Shown: positions 13,360 to 26,697 of the stretch, one piece after another
Numbering within the stretch: position 1 is the first letter of the stretch
Layout of the letters: every line of letters begins with the position of its first letter
Source: Octopus sinensis
Lineage: Eukaryota
NCBI RefSeq assembly: GCF_006345805.1
Contig: NC_043015.1
Span: 50,840,001 to 50,904,000 of the forward strand
Length of the DNA stretch: 64,000 nucleotides
Direction: 5' to 3'
The notes under the pieces: model-generated
Seen by the model: the letters and a program-made list of their open reading frames with translations, nothing else
What the model was told of the DNA's origin: nothing
The model's database searches: none
Position numbers and translations under genes: made by a program

Positions 13360-14095
13360 CGACAGCAATTTGCGTTGGACAAAACACATCGCTAAAATTG
13401 CCAAGAAGGCTGAGAGTGTCTTGGCATCACTGACCAAGTCCTTTGTGAGCCGCTCTCTGGCTATCTATCTGAGGCTTTTTATATAGCTATGGTAAGACCT
13501 CATCTGGAATTTGCATCACCGGTCTGGAACCCCTATCTTGCCCAGGATATTAATCGTCTGGAAGCCGTTCAGCAACGTGCAGCCAAAAGAATACCCTCCA
13601 TCAGGCATTTGCCATATTCTGAATGCCTTACTTCCCTGGGCATAGACACATTGAAACTCCGACATCTGGCAGCTCACTTGGCAGACACCCATAAAATTAT
13701 TAACCATCTTACTAACAATAACTCTGAGCACCTTTTCAAACTTCACCCATCTAACACCCGTGGACATATTTACAAAGTCAGAAAACAGCACAGCTCCCAT
13801 GACTTTCGGAAACATTTTTTCATGCTGAGAGTTGCTGAAGCATGGAACAAACAGCCGGCATCAGTTGTTAGTAGTCGGAGCACTGCATCCTTTAAAACTT
13901 CCATGCTTTCTGAGATTCGCCAACACTACACCTGATTTTCTCCCTTCCATACACACGGAGGCATGTATCTGACTCATACATTGTTCACTTTCCTGACATT
14001 TGTACATTACTGCATATACTTTATACGCACTTTCTGACAAGTTGTGGTGCACCTGAGCACTATATACAATAATTTCATTATTATAATATTATTAT
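13360..14095 (+). mobile_element. CR1/L2-type LINE 3' fragment (RT thumb and C-terminus, frameshifted)
   Basis: DSNLRWTKHI..MVRPHLEFASPVWNP..LEAVQQRA..TRGH..FF..RV..AWN is a typical CR1-clade ORF2 end; (ATT)n tail. Confidence 0.85.
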
Positions 14096-15950
14096 ATATT
14101 TCTTTACTACCGACAAGGGGCTAAACATAGAGGGGACAAACAAGGACAGACAAAGAGATTAAGTCGATTACATCAACCCCAGTGCGTAACTGGTACTTAA
14201 TATATCGACCCCGAAAGGATGAAAGGCAAAGTCGACCTCGGCGGAACTTGAACTCGGAACGTATATTATACCCAGGTTTCACCAGTCACTGCATTCTCCA
14301 CCCCAACAATCTTTGTGTTCCTTGTGAAGTCTCTACTCCTTACACATGCAGTAACCCTTAACGATAACATACCATTTATATTTTGGCCCCATACCTTCAA
14401 TGTATGCCCTGACACTATGCCACCATCTCTCTTTCTCTCTTGTTCAACACAACCATCCCATTTATATTCTGATCCCTGTTCCTTGTGAGTCTGCCCTGGT
14501 ACTTTCCCACCATCTTTCTCCTGCTCTCTCTTGCACTCTCTCACACTCTCTCTCTCCCCCCTCTCTTACTCTCTTATGCTCTCTCCCTCTGACTTGGTAA
14601 CTATGTATCTCCCCTACAGCACGACACCCATTTCTGTCCTCATTCTTGATCTCTCTCTCACTCTCCCTCACTCTCACTCTCTCTCTCTCTCTCACACTAT
14701 CGCTCTTGCACTCTCTCTCTGACTAGGTAACTAAGTATCTCCTTTACAGCACCACACCCGTTTCTGTCCTCATTCTTGATCTCTCTCTCTCTTGCACACT
14801 CTCTTTCGCACTCTCCCTCTCTCTCACACTCTCCCTCTCTCTCTCGCACTCTCACTCTCTCTCACATTCTCCCTTTCTCTCTCTCTTGCATTCTCTCTCT
14901 CTCGCACACTCTCTCTCTCGCACTCTCTTTCTCTCGCACTCTCTCTCTCTCACACTCTCTCTCTTGCACTCTCTTTCTTGCATTCTCCCTCCCTCTCTCT
15001 CTCTATCTCTCGCACTCTCTCTCTTGCACTCTCACACACACTCTCTCTCTCTCTTACACAAACTCTCTCTCTCTCTGACTAGGTAACCATGTCTCTCCTC
15101 TGCAGCAAGACAACTTCTGTCTCTCTGTCACACTCTACACTTTCATCATCTGTTCACAAGATTATCTCCTCCAATATACCCCCTCCCCTCTCAAATATTC
15201 CCTGTCTTACAAGTTACCTGGTGACCCTGCCAGCTCTGGTCCCATGTAAAAAGCATCTAGTCCACACTGTGAAGTAGTTGGCATTTGGAACGGCATCCAG
15301 CTGTAAAAACCATGCCAAAACAGACCTCGCTAATGCTGGTGTCATATAAAAAGCACTTAGTCCATTCTACAGGGTGGTTGGCATTAGGAAGGGCATCCAA
15401 CCATAAAAACCATTCCCAAACAGACAGTGAAGCCTGGTGAAGTCTTCTGCTCAGCCAGCTCCTGTCAAACTGTCCAACCCATGTCAGCAAGGTAAACAGA
15501 TATTAAATGGAGATGTTGATGGTGATGATGACGATGATGATGAATATATATATATACATTCATCATCATCATCATTATCATCGTCGTTGTCATCGTCATT
15601 GTCGTCGTCGCCGCCGTCGTCGTCGCCGCCGTCGTCGTCGCCGTCGCCGTCGTCGTCGTCATCATCATCATCATCTCCAGGCTCCAATCTGATCTGGCAA
15701 TGTTTCTACAGCTAGGTGCCCTTCCTAATGTCAACCACTCCCAAGAGTGTAGTGGGTGCTTTTTACGTGCCACTGGAACAGGAGCCAGTCAGGTGGGCCT
15801 GGCATCAAATACATTTGGATGGTGCTTTTTATGTGCCACTGGCAAGGGAGCCAGCCAGGGGACACTGGTATTATTATATTATATTTCATAATTGTATTTC
15901 ATAATTATATTTCATAAATTATATTTTCTAAATTATATTTTTCTATTTAG

Positions 15951-16891
15951 ATCTAGACTGTGCGTATGTCTTGAGATCCTCTAGTTCTTTACATACGACC
16001 AGCAGAACAAGAGAAATGACCAGTTCTTTGAGATTAAAAACGGTACAACCATCTCCCACCTATTTTTACCATACATCTACATCTAGAACTTTGATCGAGT
16101 CCTCGAAACAAAGATTAGAAGCTGCAAAAACGTCAACCAAACTACATCCGTCATCATCATCCATGAATGAACATCAAACAGTGACTGCATCAGAAGACCC
16201 GAAAAGATCACTCGCAGACAACCCTGATATCTCCTTAACAACATCACAAGCCATGCAAGTAACGTCATTGTCATCAATGAATGAACATCAATCAGTGACT
16301 GCATCAGAAAAATCGAAAAGATCACTCGCAGACATCCCTGTTATCTCCTTAACAACATCACAAGCCATGCAAGTAACGTCTGAACCTGAAATGTCTCAAA
16401 CTTCAACACCTCCGCTTTTTACCGCAGAAACTTCCAGCAACACATTAGATCCCGTTCAAGTGGAGCAAACAACAACAGGACTAGACCCGATACTTAGTTC
16501 TGCATATGTATTTTCAACAAATAGTATTTCAGAATCATTCTCCTATACCCCTGTGTCTTCCACCCAAGAATTTGTTTCTAGTAGCAAACAATGTATTCCA
16601 GTACAGGTTATTGAGAACGGAACTCCCTCCAAGGAAAACAGCTCTTGTGTCTGTCGTGTGATGAATTCTTCCTCACTGTCAAAGGAAGCCAAGATTAAGC
16701 AATTAATTAAAGAACTGACCGTTGATCCGAAATCATTGTCTAAGTATAAAAGGAAGAAAATAAGCGCTCCTGACCACAGGGTTTCAGCTCAGGCCATAGG
16801 ATATGTTGGGGTGGTAACATTAGTTGCACCTTTTGCGTTGCTTGTTATTCTTGATCTCATGACTTTCATGAAATATTACTTAGGAAACTAA
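15951..16891 (+). CDS. PLAT-domain membrane protein, terminal exon 4 (Ser/Thr stalk, CxC motif, TM helix, stop)
   Basis: ttctatttag acceptor; phase 1 continues into ORF 15971-16891; TM segment IGYVGVVTLVAPFALLVILD; TAA at 16889-16891. Spliced CDS is 52+248+88+941 = 1329 nt = 442 aa + stop. Confidence 0.85.
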
Positions 16892-17235
16892 GACCTATGA
16901 TGTCCCTACAATATAAAAACCAAGAAATGAGCAAAGGTAGATAACTCAAAGTGGTCAGTGGCAAGCATTTGTACAACTAGGCAAATACATGTGTGGCTAA
17001 ATACTATACAACGTGTTAATTCCTGATTTATTAAAAATTATCTCCACCTCTAGAGAACGCAACATAATTATCAACTGACAATTATCTCCCCTTCTACTTA
17101 TGAAGGGGAGATGATCTCCAGAATCAAGACTTATTAAATTGACTTTCTATTAAAACAAAATTAAAATAAAAAATGTAAATAAGCAGACAGAAACTGAAAG
17201 AAGCCCTTTGCACACACACACACACACACATACTC

Positions 17236-17329
<94 letters not shown>

Positions 17330-18781
17330 ATTTGTTTCCTGCCACCAATTGACAACCGGTCTTAGTGTTTACATCCCTGTAACTTAGCAGTTCGGCAAAA
17401 GAGACTGATAGGATAAGTACCAGGTTTAAAAAAGAAAAGTCCTCGGTGTTGATTCATTTGATGATAAACACCTCAAGGTACTGCCCCAGCATGGTCACAG
17501 TCTGAAACAAGTAAAAAATAAAAGATAAAAGGAACAAACAAAACAGACAAACAATAAATGGTCTAAAAAAAGTTTTTTTTTGTCAATGGAATGAGTTTGA
17601 AGAACAAAACAATTCCTTTGATATTTTTTGGTTTATGTGGTGGGAACTTAGCAAAAAGAAATTATCTGAATTCTCATGTGCATGTTCTTCAAGAAAACAA
17701 GTGTATCTTAAGAAGAAGAAAAGAAAGAATCATTTGGAAATATTATTACTTGTGCCTTAATAAGAGCAAAGGTATTGTTTTCAGTCACATTTGTTTGTTT
17801 ATCAGTGGACAAGCTATCTCAAGAACCACTGGATGGATTCGAATGAAACTTTCAAGGATGTTTGGCATCATGACTAGCACGAACTGATTAGATTTTGGGA
17901 TCGATCTGGTACTGAACAAGAATTCTGGATTATTTTTCCTATTTTTTTTACTTAATTTTTGAGTGGTTAGATTCAGTTTTAATATTCTCATTTGTGAGAG
18001 CAGTTGAGTTTATTTCAAGTATTCTCATTTTAAAAATCATTCTTTGGCCAATCATTGAGAGAACGTTAGTGTTGCCTTGGCAGTGATTTGTGCTCTCTGA
18101 GTGTTCTTGTTTTTATTAAATTAATCTTCATTCAAGTTCATCTTTGATTTTTGATTTTAAACAAGGAAAGTGCACCCTATGTCTTTTATTTCTCATTTTG
18201 AAAATTGTTTTCCTATATATTATGTATATTAGTAATAACACAGATGGGCTAAAGTTCACTACAGCTGTTTCAGAAGTGTTTTTTATTTATTCTTTTATTC
18301 TTTTACTTGTTTCAGTCATTTGACTGGTCATGCTGTAGCACTGCCTTTAGTCGAACAAATTGACCCCAGGACTTATTCTTTGCAAGCCTAGTACTTATTC
18401 TATCACTTTAAGTTACGGGTATGTAAACACACCAACATCACTTGTCAAGCAATGATGGGGGGACAAACACAGACACACATATAAACATGGGGATAATTGA
18501 AATTCCTCCTTTTGTGTTACTATATATACACATACACACACATGCATATATATATGTGTATACATATATTTTTATTGATATTTTGCAGAAGTAACAGAGA
18601 ATCAAACTCTTAGACTCTGAGTCACTCTGTTACTTCTGCTAAATATTAATAAAAATATACATATACTCATATCTTAAGTTCTATTTTACCTCTTTGCTTC
18701 AACATACCTGTATATATATATATATATCGTTGTACGGAATAAAGACTAATACCAAATCCATCTTCTGTTTCTTTAATCGAT

Positions 18782-18831
<50 letters not shown>

Positions 18832-19596
18832 CAGAGTTTGTGTGTATGTGTGTATGTTCTTATGCATTTGAAAACTTAGTTGCCGTATGGGGTATCAAAA
18901 GATTCAGTAACATTTCGGCTACCAAATAAACTTTATTTTCATTTAAATATTTGCATTACAAAAATATAACATTATAATCTTTCGATAAGTCAACTATTGT
19001 AAACAACATTTTATACCATGATGATGATGATGATGACATCACATCTATATCTATCTGTTAGCAGATGTCTGGGTATTTGTATGTCTGTGTGTAGTGCCAA
19101 TGAGAGAGTGAGAGGGGAGAGAAAGAAACAGAGAAGCAAAGTGAGGAAGTGGCTCTTCTCCTCCTCCTCCATCTCCTCATTCATCACAATGTTTTTCGAT
19201 AGAGGGAGAGATTCAAATAGAGTGTGTGAGTGAGTCAGAGAGAGAGAGAGAGAGAGAAAGAGTGAAAGAAAAAGGCATAGGCTAAAAGACAGAAGCTATT
19301 ACAGAGGGTGAGAAAGAATATGCGTGAGCGAGAGAAACACAGAATGAGAAAAAGACAGAGAGAAGAGAGAAAGAAACAGAAAGAGAAAGCAAGTTTCTAT
19401 AGGAGAAGTTGAAAGGGAGAGGGATAGAAGGAGAGAGAGATAGAGAGAGCTGCTAATGTTTGATACTGTATGTATGTTCTATAAGTGAAGGTGAAAGAAA
19501 GCTAGCACAAAGAGCGGGGAAAAGCAGGAGAGAAGGAGACGGTGATGTTTGATACTGTATGTCATCATCATCATCATCATCATTTAGCGTCCGTTT

Positions 19597-19767
19597 TCCA
19601 TGCTAGCATGGGTTGGACGGTTTAACTGGGGTCTGTGAAGCCGGAAGGCTTCATCAGGCCCAGTCAGATTTGGCAGTGTTTCTACGGCTGGCAAATCTGA
19701 CTGGGCCTGATGAAGCCTTCCGGCTTCACAGACCCCAGTTAAACTGTCCAACCCATGCTAGCATGGA
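19597..19767. repeat. Foldback (76-bp arms) of the RTE 3'UTR end
   Basis: 19597-19672 is the reverse complement of 19692-19767 with one G/A difference. Confidence 0.85.
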
Positions 19768-19949
19768 CGGTTTAACTGGGGTCTGTGTGTGCGTGCGGTG
19801 TTCCACAATCATCATTTATTTCAATCACCCTTGTGAAGATATTCTCATAACTTACACTCATTTTTTTCATCTAATCCCTATTTTCATTTTCAAAAACGTT
19901 TCCAAGGAAAAGGGGCAGATGTAGATGATCAGTATTCTACAGTGAAGTA

Positions 19950-20437
19950 AAGACAAGTACAGGCAGCCAGAGAAAGGTCACTAGAGACTCCTGCACAACG
20001 ACAGCAAAGACATGAGAACAACCAAAGGAGAGCTGCTACACGCAGGGCCAATGAGTCATAAGAGGCAAGGGGAAAATCGGTTAGAACAATTACATCGACA
20101 AAATGCAATCTTCAGGAGCCAAGAGTCAAAAATAAAAAAGGAAAGAGCAAAACGTTTAAAGGATGCAAGACAAAGACCAGCTGGCAGAGTTGCCAATGAG
20201 ACAATAGGTCAGCGAGAGATGAGACAAAGAAAAAATATCAGGAGCTATCAGTTGCTGCAAGACTTTGCCAATCCTCAGAGGAAAGACATAAGCATCCTCA
20301 TCAAGATAGGCTGAATATGTTTGAGAAAAGAGTTGCATTTCGTAAAGGGATTTGGAAAAGATCAGCTTTCAACTATGATCCAAAACATTGATTATTCTAC
20401 GGAGAATTTGATTGATATTGGAGCAATGTCAAAATAT
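19950..20437 (+). mobile_element. Degenerate Helitron RepHel N-terminal fragment
   Basis: ETPAQRQQR-type basic repeats, then, across a frameshift, SAFNYDPNIDYSTENLIDIGAMSK, which precedes the zinc finger in animal Helitron RepHel proteins; interrupted by the SINE at 20451. Confidence 0.65.
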
Positions 20438-20450
20438 ATACGTGCATATA

Positions 20451-20622
20451 GGCGTAGGAGTGGCTATGTGGTAAGTAGCTTGCTTACCAACCACATGGTT
20501 CCAGGTTCAGTCCCACTGCGTGGCACCTTGGGCAAGTGTCTTCTACTATAGTCTCGGGCCGACCAAAGCCTTGTGAGTGGATTTGGTAGACGGAAACTGA
20601 AAGAAACCTGTCGTATATATGC

Positions 20623-20667
<45 letters not shown>

Positions 20668-20872
20668 TGTGTCTCTGTTTGTCCCCCCAACATCGCTTGA
20701 CAACCAATGCTGGTGTGTTTACGTCCCCGTAACTTAGCGGTTCGGCAAAAGAGAACGATAGAATAAATACTAGGCTTACAAAGAATAAGTCGTGGGGTTG
20801 ATTTGCTCAACTAAAGGTGGTGCTCCAGCATGGCCACAGTCACATGACTGAAACAAGTAAGAGAGTAAAGAG
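20451..20872 (+). mobile_element. SINE family A copy
   Basis: Full head, internal (TG)n and 3' half. Confidence 0.8.
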
Positions 20873-22082
20873 TATATATGTATACGTGTATGTGTGTATT
20901 TGTGCATATATTTATGTCTTACATATATATGCCTGTATATGTATGTAACTATGTACATGTATCTGTGTAGTTTGATGTATAATAAACCTTTACATAAATA
21001 AATAACATGAAATACACAAAGGGACGAACAAAAAGACAAACGGGTCATTCAAAGCCTTCATTCTTCAGTCAGAAACTGATCCCTCATCGCAGATTTCGGT
21101 TGTTTAATTCTGAGATCCGCTCTGAATCAGCCAGCCACAGAAGGAAAGAATGCAACGCAACAGAGACGAACATGAAACGAAAAATCTTTTTTGGAGACAG
21201 TAACGGTTAAAAACATGGATGACACAGGTGCCCTACGGCTTTGAGACAAAAAGAGAGACACAAAAACAATATCAGCAAGCGTGGAAAAATAATTACCTTT
21301 TCGGTGATAAGACACATGTTGAACAAGCGGCCGATGGAAACAGAATGGCTGAGGCAGCAAGTCGCAAGAGGGTAAGAGAGAGAAGTTTGATGTATATATG
21401 TATATCATAGATGGTATAGTATGGGTGTATACTGATGTAAAATATTTATATAATGCAGTGTGAAAATTTTAATTTTAATTTTAATGTATTAATTGACTTA
21501 TTTTTCGTATATAATCATTTACAATAAGTATTTTGAATCTACTCTTCAATTTAAGGTTTTCTTCAATTTTACAATAGAATTAATTTGTATTGAATTCATT
21601 TATTTTGTTCAGTGCATGCTTAAGACTGTTAATTGAAAGGACCAATGAAACAAATCCATTTTTAAAGGTGTATCCTTTAACTAGTTTTGATTATATTGTT
21701 ATTTCTGTTCCATTTTAACAAAACTGTCCAACGAACGGGAACGTGAAACTCTAGCTTTGTTATATTTCTGCTGCTTTTAAATAAAGCATATTACTCTACC
21801 TCTGGTATTTGAGTACTCTTTTTTCCACCTTGTTTCACATTTATGTGCTTACTCTGGTATATATATATATATATACCACATATTATTTACAGATTTCTTC
21901 AAGATCCTCTTGTGGTTCCTGTATTATTTTGTTTATATACTGTTATCAATGACAGTAAAATTTATCTTTGTTACTATTCTAACTGGATAGCAGAAATCAT
22001 CATCATCATCGTCGTTGTCGTTGTCATCATCATCGTCATTTAATGTCCATTTCCCATGCTAGCATGGATTTGGATGGATGGT

Positions 22083-22819
22083 TTAATCCTTTTGTTACCA
22101 ATCCGGCTGAAACCAGCTCTGGTTTCTAAGTACAAATGTCTTCGTTTTCATACATTTTGAATTAAAATCTTCCACCAAACCTTAGTTACAATTTATGTTC
22201 CTAATACTAGCTTAATGGTAACTAAGTTATTTTACTAAATTCTTTGTTATATTTAAAATTAATTGAAAGAGATACAGAGCATCTCAACAAAAATATGGTA
22301 ACAAACGGGTTAAAATATATAGTAGAGAAACAATTCTTAACCCTTTCAATATCAACCTGGCTGAAACCACCTCTGGCTCTGTAGTACAAATGTCTTGTTT
22401 ACATAAGTTTTGAATTATAATCTTCCACCGAACCTTAGTCACAATTTATGTCCCTAACACTAGCTTTATGGTAACTAAGTTATTTTATTAAATTCTATGT
22501 TATATTTAAAATTAATTGAAAGAAATACAGAGCATCTCAACAGAAATACGGTAACAAACAGGTTAAAATATATAATAGAGAAACAATTCTTAACCCTTTC
22601 AATACCAACCTGGCTGAAACCAGCTCTGGCTCTGTAGCACAAATGCCTTGTTTTCATAAGTTTTGAATTAAAATCTTCCACCAAACTTTAGTCACAATTT
22701 ATGTTCCTAACACTAGCTTAATGATAACTAAGTTATTTTACTAAATTCTTTGTTATATTTAAAATTAATTGAAAGAAATACAGAGCATCTCAACAGAAAC
22801 ACAGTAATGAAAGCGTTAA
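22083..22819 (+). mobile_element. Three tandem copies of a ~230-bp piggyBac-type MITE
   Basis: Each unit is TTAACCCTTT...AAAGGGTTAA-like; unit starts at 22083, 22337 and 22590. Confidence 0.75.
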
Positions 22820-23139
22820 AAGGAACTGGTGAGCTAGAGAACTGCAGTAGCTCCAATGTCTTCTACTCTATGTCGATGTTTCCACAACTGGATGACCTTC
22901 CTAATGCCAACCATTTTACAGAATATATACTGGGTGCTTTTTCGCATGGTACCTGCACTAGTGAGGTTGCCAATAAATAAATGGAAAAATAAAAAAAATA
23001 AATAAATAAAGCAAATGAAAAAGTATAAAAATATAAATTGAGATGGATGTCATTGAAATAGAGGATTACTGTTGACTTGGCAAATAGCTCCAGTCCGTGG
23101 TAAATAACTGGTCTTGCAGTAAATAACCATTCTTTTGGC

Positions 23140-23892
23140 AACCCCCACCTCACACCACCACCACCACCAAATGACGATGATGGTGGTTAGGATAATGGCG
23201 ATGGTGATGACAGCAATAGTGATGCTGCTGCTGCTGCCGATGATGGTGATGGTGGTGGTGATGGTGGTGATGATGTTGATGATGGTGGTGGTCATGGTGA
23301 TCATGAGGATGATGATGATGATGGTGATGGTGGTGGTGGTGGTCGTGGTCGTGGTGATAATGTTGATGATGGTGGTTGCCATGGTGATGATGAGGATGAT
23401 GATGATGATGATGGTGGTGTTGGTTGATGATGATGGTGGTCATGGTGATGATGAGGATGATGATGATGATGATGGTGGGGGTGGTGGTGGTGGTGGTGGT
23501 GGTGGTGGTAGTGGTGGTGGTGATGATGTTGATGATGGTGGTTGTCATGGTGATGATGAGGATGATGATGATGATGATGGTGGTGTTGGTGGTGGTGTTG
23601 ATGATGATGGTGGTCATGGTGATGATGATGATGATGATGATGGTGGTGGTGTTGGTGATGATGTTGATGATGGTGGTTGTCATGGTGATGATGAGAATGA
23701 TGATTCTGATGGTGGTGGTAATGGTAATGATGAGGATGATGATGATGATGGTCGTGGTGATGTTGATAATGATGATGGTGGTGGAAGTGGTGATGGTGAT
23801 GATGATGATGATGATGATGACAACAACAGTGGGTGGTAACGATGACAGTGACGGCAGTGACGATGACAGTGATGATGGTGATGATGATGATG
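23140..23892. repeat. Compound (GAT/GGT)n trinucleotide tract
   Basis: About 750 bp of degenerate GAT/GGT triplets; it produces the spurious poly-M/V/D/H ORFs. Confidence 0.95.
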
Positions 23893-24756
23893 ATATGAAC
23901 CGTTGGTGCCTTATATTGTTATAAACACATACGCTAACTTCCGATAAATATTTATATTGAATAATGAATAAATATATATTTATCTCTGTATTTATTCTCT
24001 TATAAATAAGTATTCACACCAAATAATAATTATAATTCTCCTTTTATTTATCTTATTTTATTTATTGTAACAATATTTCTACTTTCCTAGTTTTATTGCA
24101 AACATAATTTCGTTTTTCATCTCGTCCTTCTTCTAAATAACGTAAAGAGTAATTCCTATGTTTTCCCTGTCTTATATTATTTATCTGGATATTTTCCAAT
24201 CGATTATGTTTGAAATCTATAGCAATTATTGGCTCATAATTAGGTGTATTGGTCTAATTATTTCCTCTTCAGTATGCAATTCTATCGTATATTCGACTAA
24301 TACGAGACATTCATACAGAGTTCAATAAAGTGATAATATTCAACGGCAACTGCAATTTAAAGACACACAACTCAGATAACTCTATCGGCTGTTTATTTTG
24401 AGCAGCTCGTTAAGTTTATAAATGCGGAAAATTGATTTGCAATAAATAATTGATACTTTCTTGCCTTTCTTTTGTAAAATACTTCTGCAAATTATGGCAA
24501 TTCTCTACTTTGGAAGATAAAATCTCCTTCGGAAATTTTTGATAATACATAAGTGCAGGTATGGCTGTGTGGTTAAGAAGCTTGCTTCCCAACCGTGTGG
24601 TCTTGAGTTCAGTCCCACTGCATGGCACTGTGGATAAGTGTCTTTTACTATAGCCCACATACCGACTAAAACCCGGTGAATGGATTTGGCTGACGGAAAC
24701 TGAAAGAAGCCTGACACACATATATATATATATATACACACACAAGTATGGGTATG

Positions 24757-24803
<47 letters not shown>

Positions 24804-25297
24804 TCATCATCATCGTTTAACGTCCGCTTTCCATGTTAGCATGGGTTGGACGATTTTGACTGAGGGCTGGAGAGCCAGATGGCTGCACCAGGCTCCAATC
24901 TTGATCTTGCAGAGTTTCTACAGCTGGATGCCCTTCCTAATGCCAACCACTCCGAGAGTGTAGTGGGTGCTTTTTACGTGCCACCGGCAGGGGGGCCATT
25001 CTGGCGGTACTGGCAACGACCTCGCTCGAATCTTTTTACATGTGCTACTGGCACAGGTGCCAGTGAAGCGACATTGGTAACGATCATACTCAAATAGCCG
25101 CTCTGTCAACGATCACACTCGTATGGTGCTCTTTGCACCCCGCTAGCACGAATGCCAGTCATCAAACTGATTTTGATTTTGATTATATATATATATATAT
25201 ATCTATATATATATACACACATCAGGTAACCTAAACATTGAAAGTGCCTTAATCAGCATACTAATAAACATAAGCCCACAGTCCAAATAATTACTGA

Positions 25298-25519
25298 TAC
25301 AGTAACCCCTCTCACTATTGCAGGTGTTATGTTCCAAAACCCCCTGCACTAGGTGGAAATCCATAAAGTAGAAATAATACTGTATATTTTAAAAATTATT
25401 TTTATAATTTGTATATATTTATTTTATTATAAATGCAAAACAACACCACGGAAGGATTGACGTAGGCTTAAATGATAAACTGCGATAGGTGAACCGTGAT
25501 ATGGCAAGAAATTACTGTA
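25298..25519. mobile_element. Tigger/pogo-like MITE
   Basis: TA-CAGTAA...TTACTG-TA termini. Confidence 0.55.
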
Positions 25520-25621
25520 TTACTGTATCATCATCATCATCATCATCATCCAGTGTTTGAAATCTGGGTTTTGTCCCCGTTAACAGGGGTGGCTGGATCT
25601 ACTTCAATGCCATAGCAACCT

Positions 25622-25851
25622 ATTTCTTTACTACCCACAAGGGGCCAAACACAGAGGGGACAAACAAGGACAGACAAACGGATTAAGTCAATTACATCGA
25701 CCCCAGTGTGTAACTGGTACTTCATTTATCGACCTCGAAAGGATGAAAGGCAAAATCGACCACGGCGGAATTTGAACTCAGAACATAATGGCAGACGAAA
25801 TACTGATAAACATTTTGCCCTGCGTGCTAACGTTTCTGCCAGCTCGCCGCT
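25622..25851 (-). mobile_element. tRNA-derived SINE with Nin-like domain (partial copy also at 14098-14265)
   Basis: Minus strand has a GAGTTCAAATTCC B box, then GTCGATTTTGCCTTTCATCCTTTCGAGGTCGATAAATGAAGTACC, resembling the Nin-domain core. Confidence 0.55.
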
Positions 25852-26149
25852 ATAGCAACCGTCCTCACAACATCTCGCCATCATGCCTGGTTTTGGGCAT
25901 CCTCCCTTCTCAAACCAACCCTCCCAATCTCCTCCTCCCGCTGTCCCCTCCATTTTTTACTCAGTCTACCTCACTTTTGCTGTCCATTTACTTCAAACTG
26001 TAGCACCTTCTTCAAAACATGCTCCTCATCCCTCCACAACACAGGCCCATACCAACACACACCATTCACCCTTGCCAACTGTTCCACCAATTCCTCCAAC
26101 CTCAGCTTCCCCATCGAGTCCTCAGTCCTTCTCTAATCAAACAGCCCCA

Positions 26150-26660
26150 TGCCAAACATTTCTCTCACCATTGCTCTCTCAGTCCTTCTCAAAATTGCCA
26201 TATCTGTGCTCTCACACAACTCCTATAGACCTTTCCTTTCATCTTTAATGAGAACCTTTTCCCATATAACAACACTCCACGTCTCACTCTTGCTGTCACA
26301 GCAGCTTCACTTCCACCACTCACATCCACCCTATCTCCCAAATAACAAAACCCTCTCACCGTATCCACCTTGTCCCACAGCATTTCCACTGGTTCCTCTA
26401 GCCCTCCAGCTCCTTTCTCACATCTTCCACAAACAAACTCCCATGCCAGTCTTGGGGGCCACCTTCTTCTTTTCATACATCTACCATGAATCCATTTCTC
26501 ACATCCCATACGCAACACCGCATTTGCCATTACCCTCCTCCTGCACACACACCACATGGATCCACCTTACTCACTAACACCTCCTTCCACCCCATTCACC
26601 ATCACCCTTGTCTTCCCAAGGTTTACCTTCAAACCCTTGCTTTCAAATGCCTCCTTCCAT
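26150..26660 (-). mobile_element. Old degenerate RTE fragment with the same Cys/His insertion
   Basis: ORF 26189-26557 - reads CEKWIHGRC..FVCGRC..FCYLGDRV..AAVTARVR, homologous to the RTE ORF at 27811-28704. Confidence 0.7.
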
Positions 26661-26697
26661 TTCCAAAACTTCTCTGTATGTATAGGAATATATATAT

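Noticed and set aside
21000-21410. Unique-looking segment with short ORFs and possible splice donors on both strands
   Set aside because: No recognisable domain and no consistent exon chain; could be a transposon remnant
23050-23924. Poly-M/V/D/H/T ORFs up to 234 aa
   Set aside because: GAT/GGT triplet tract, open in several frames, with no splice context
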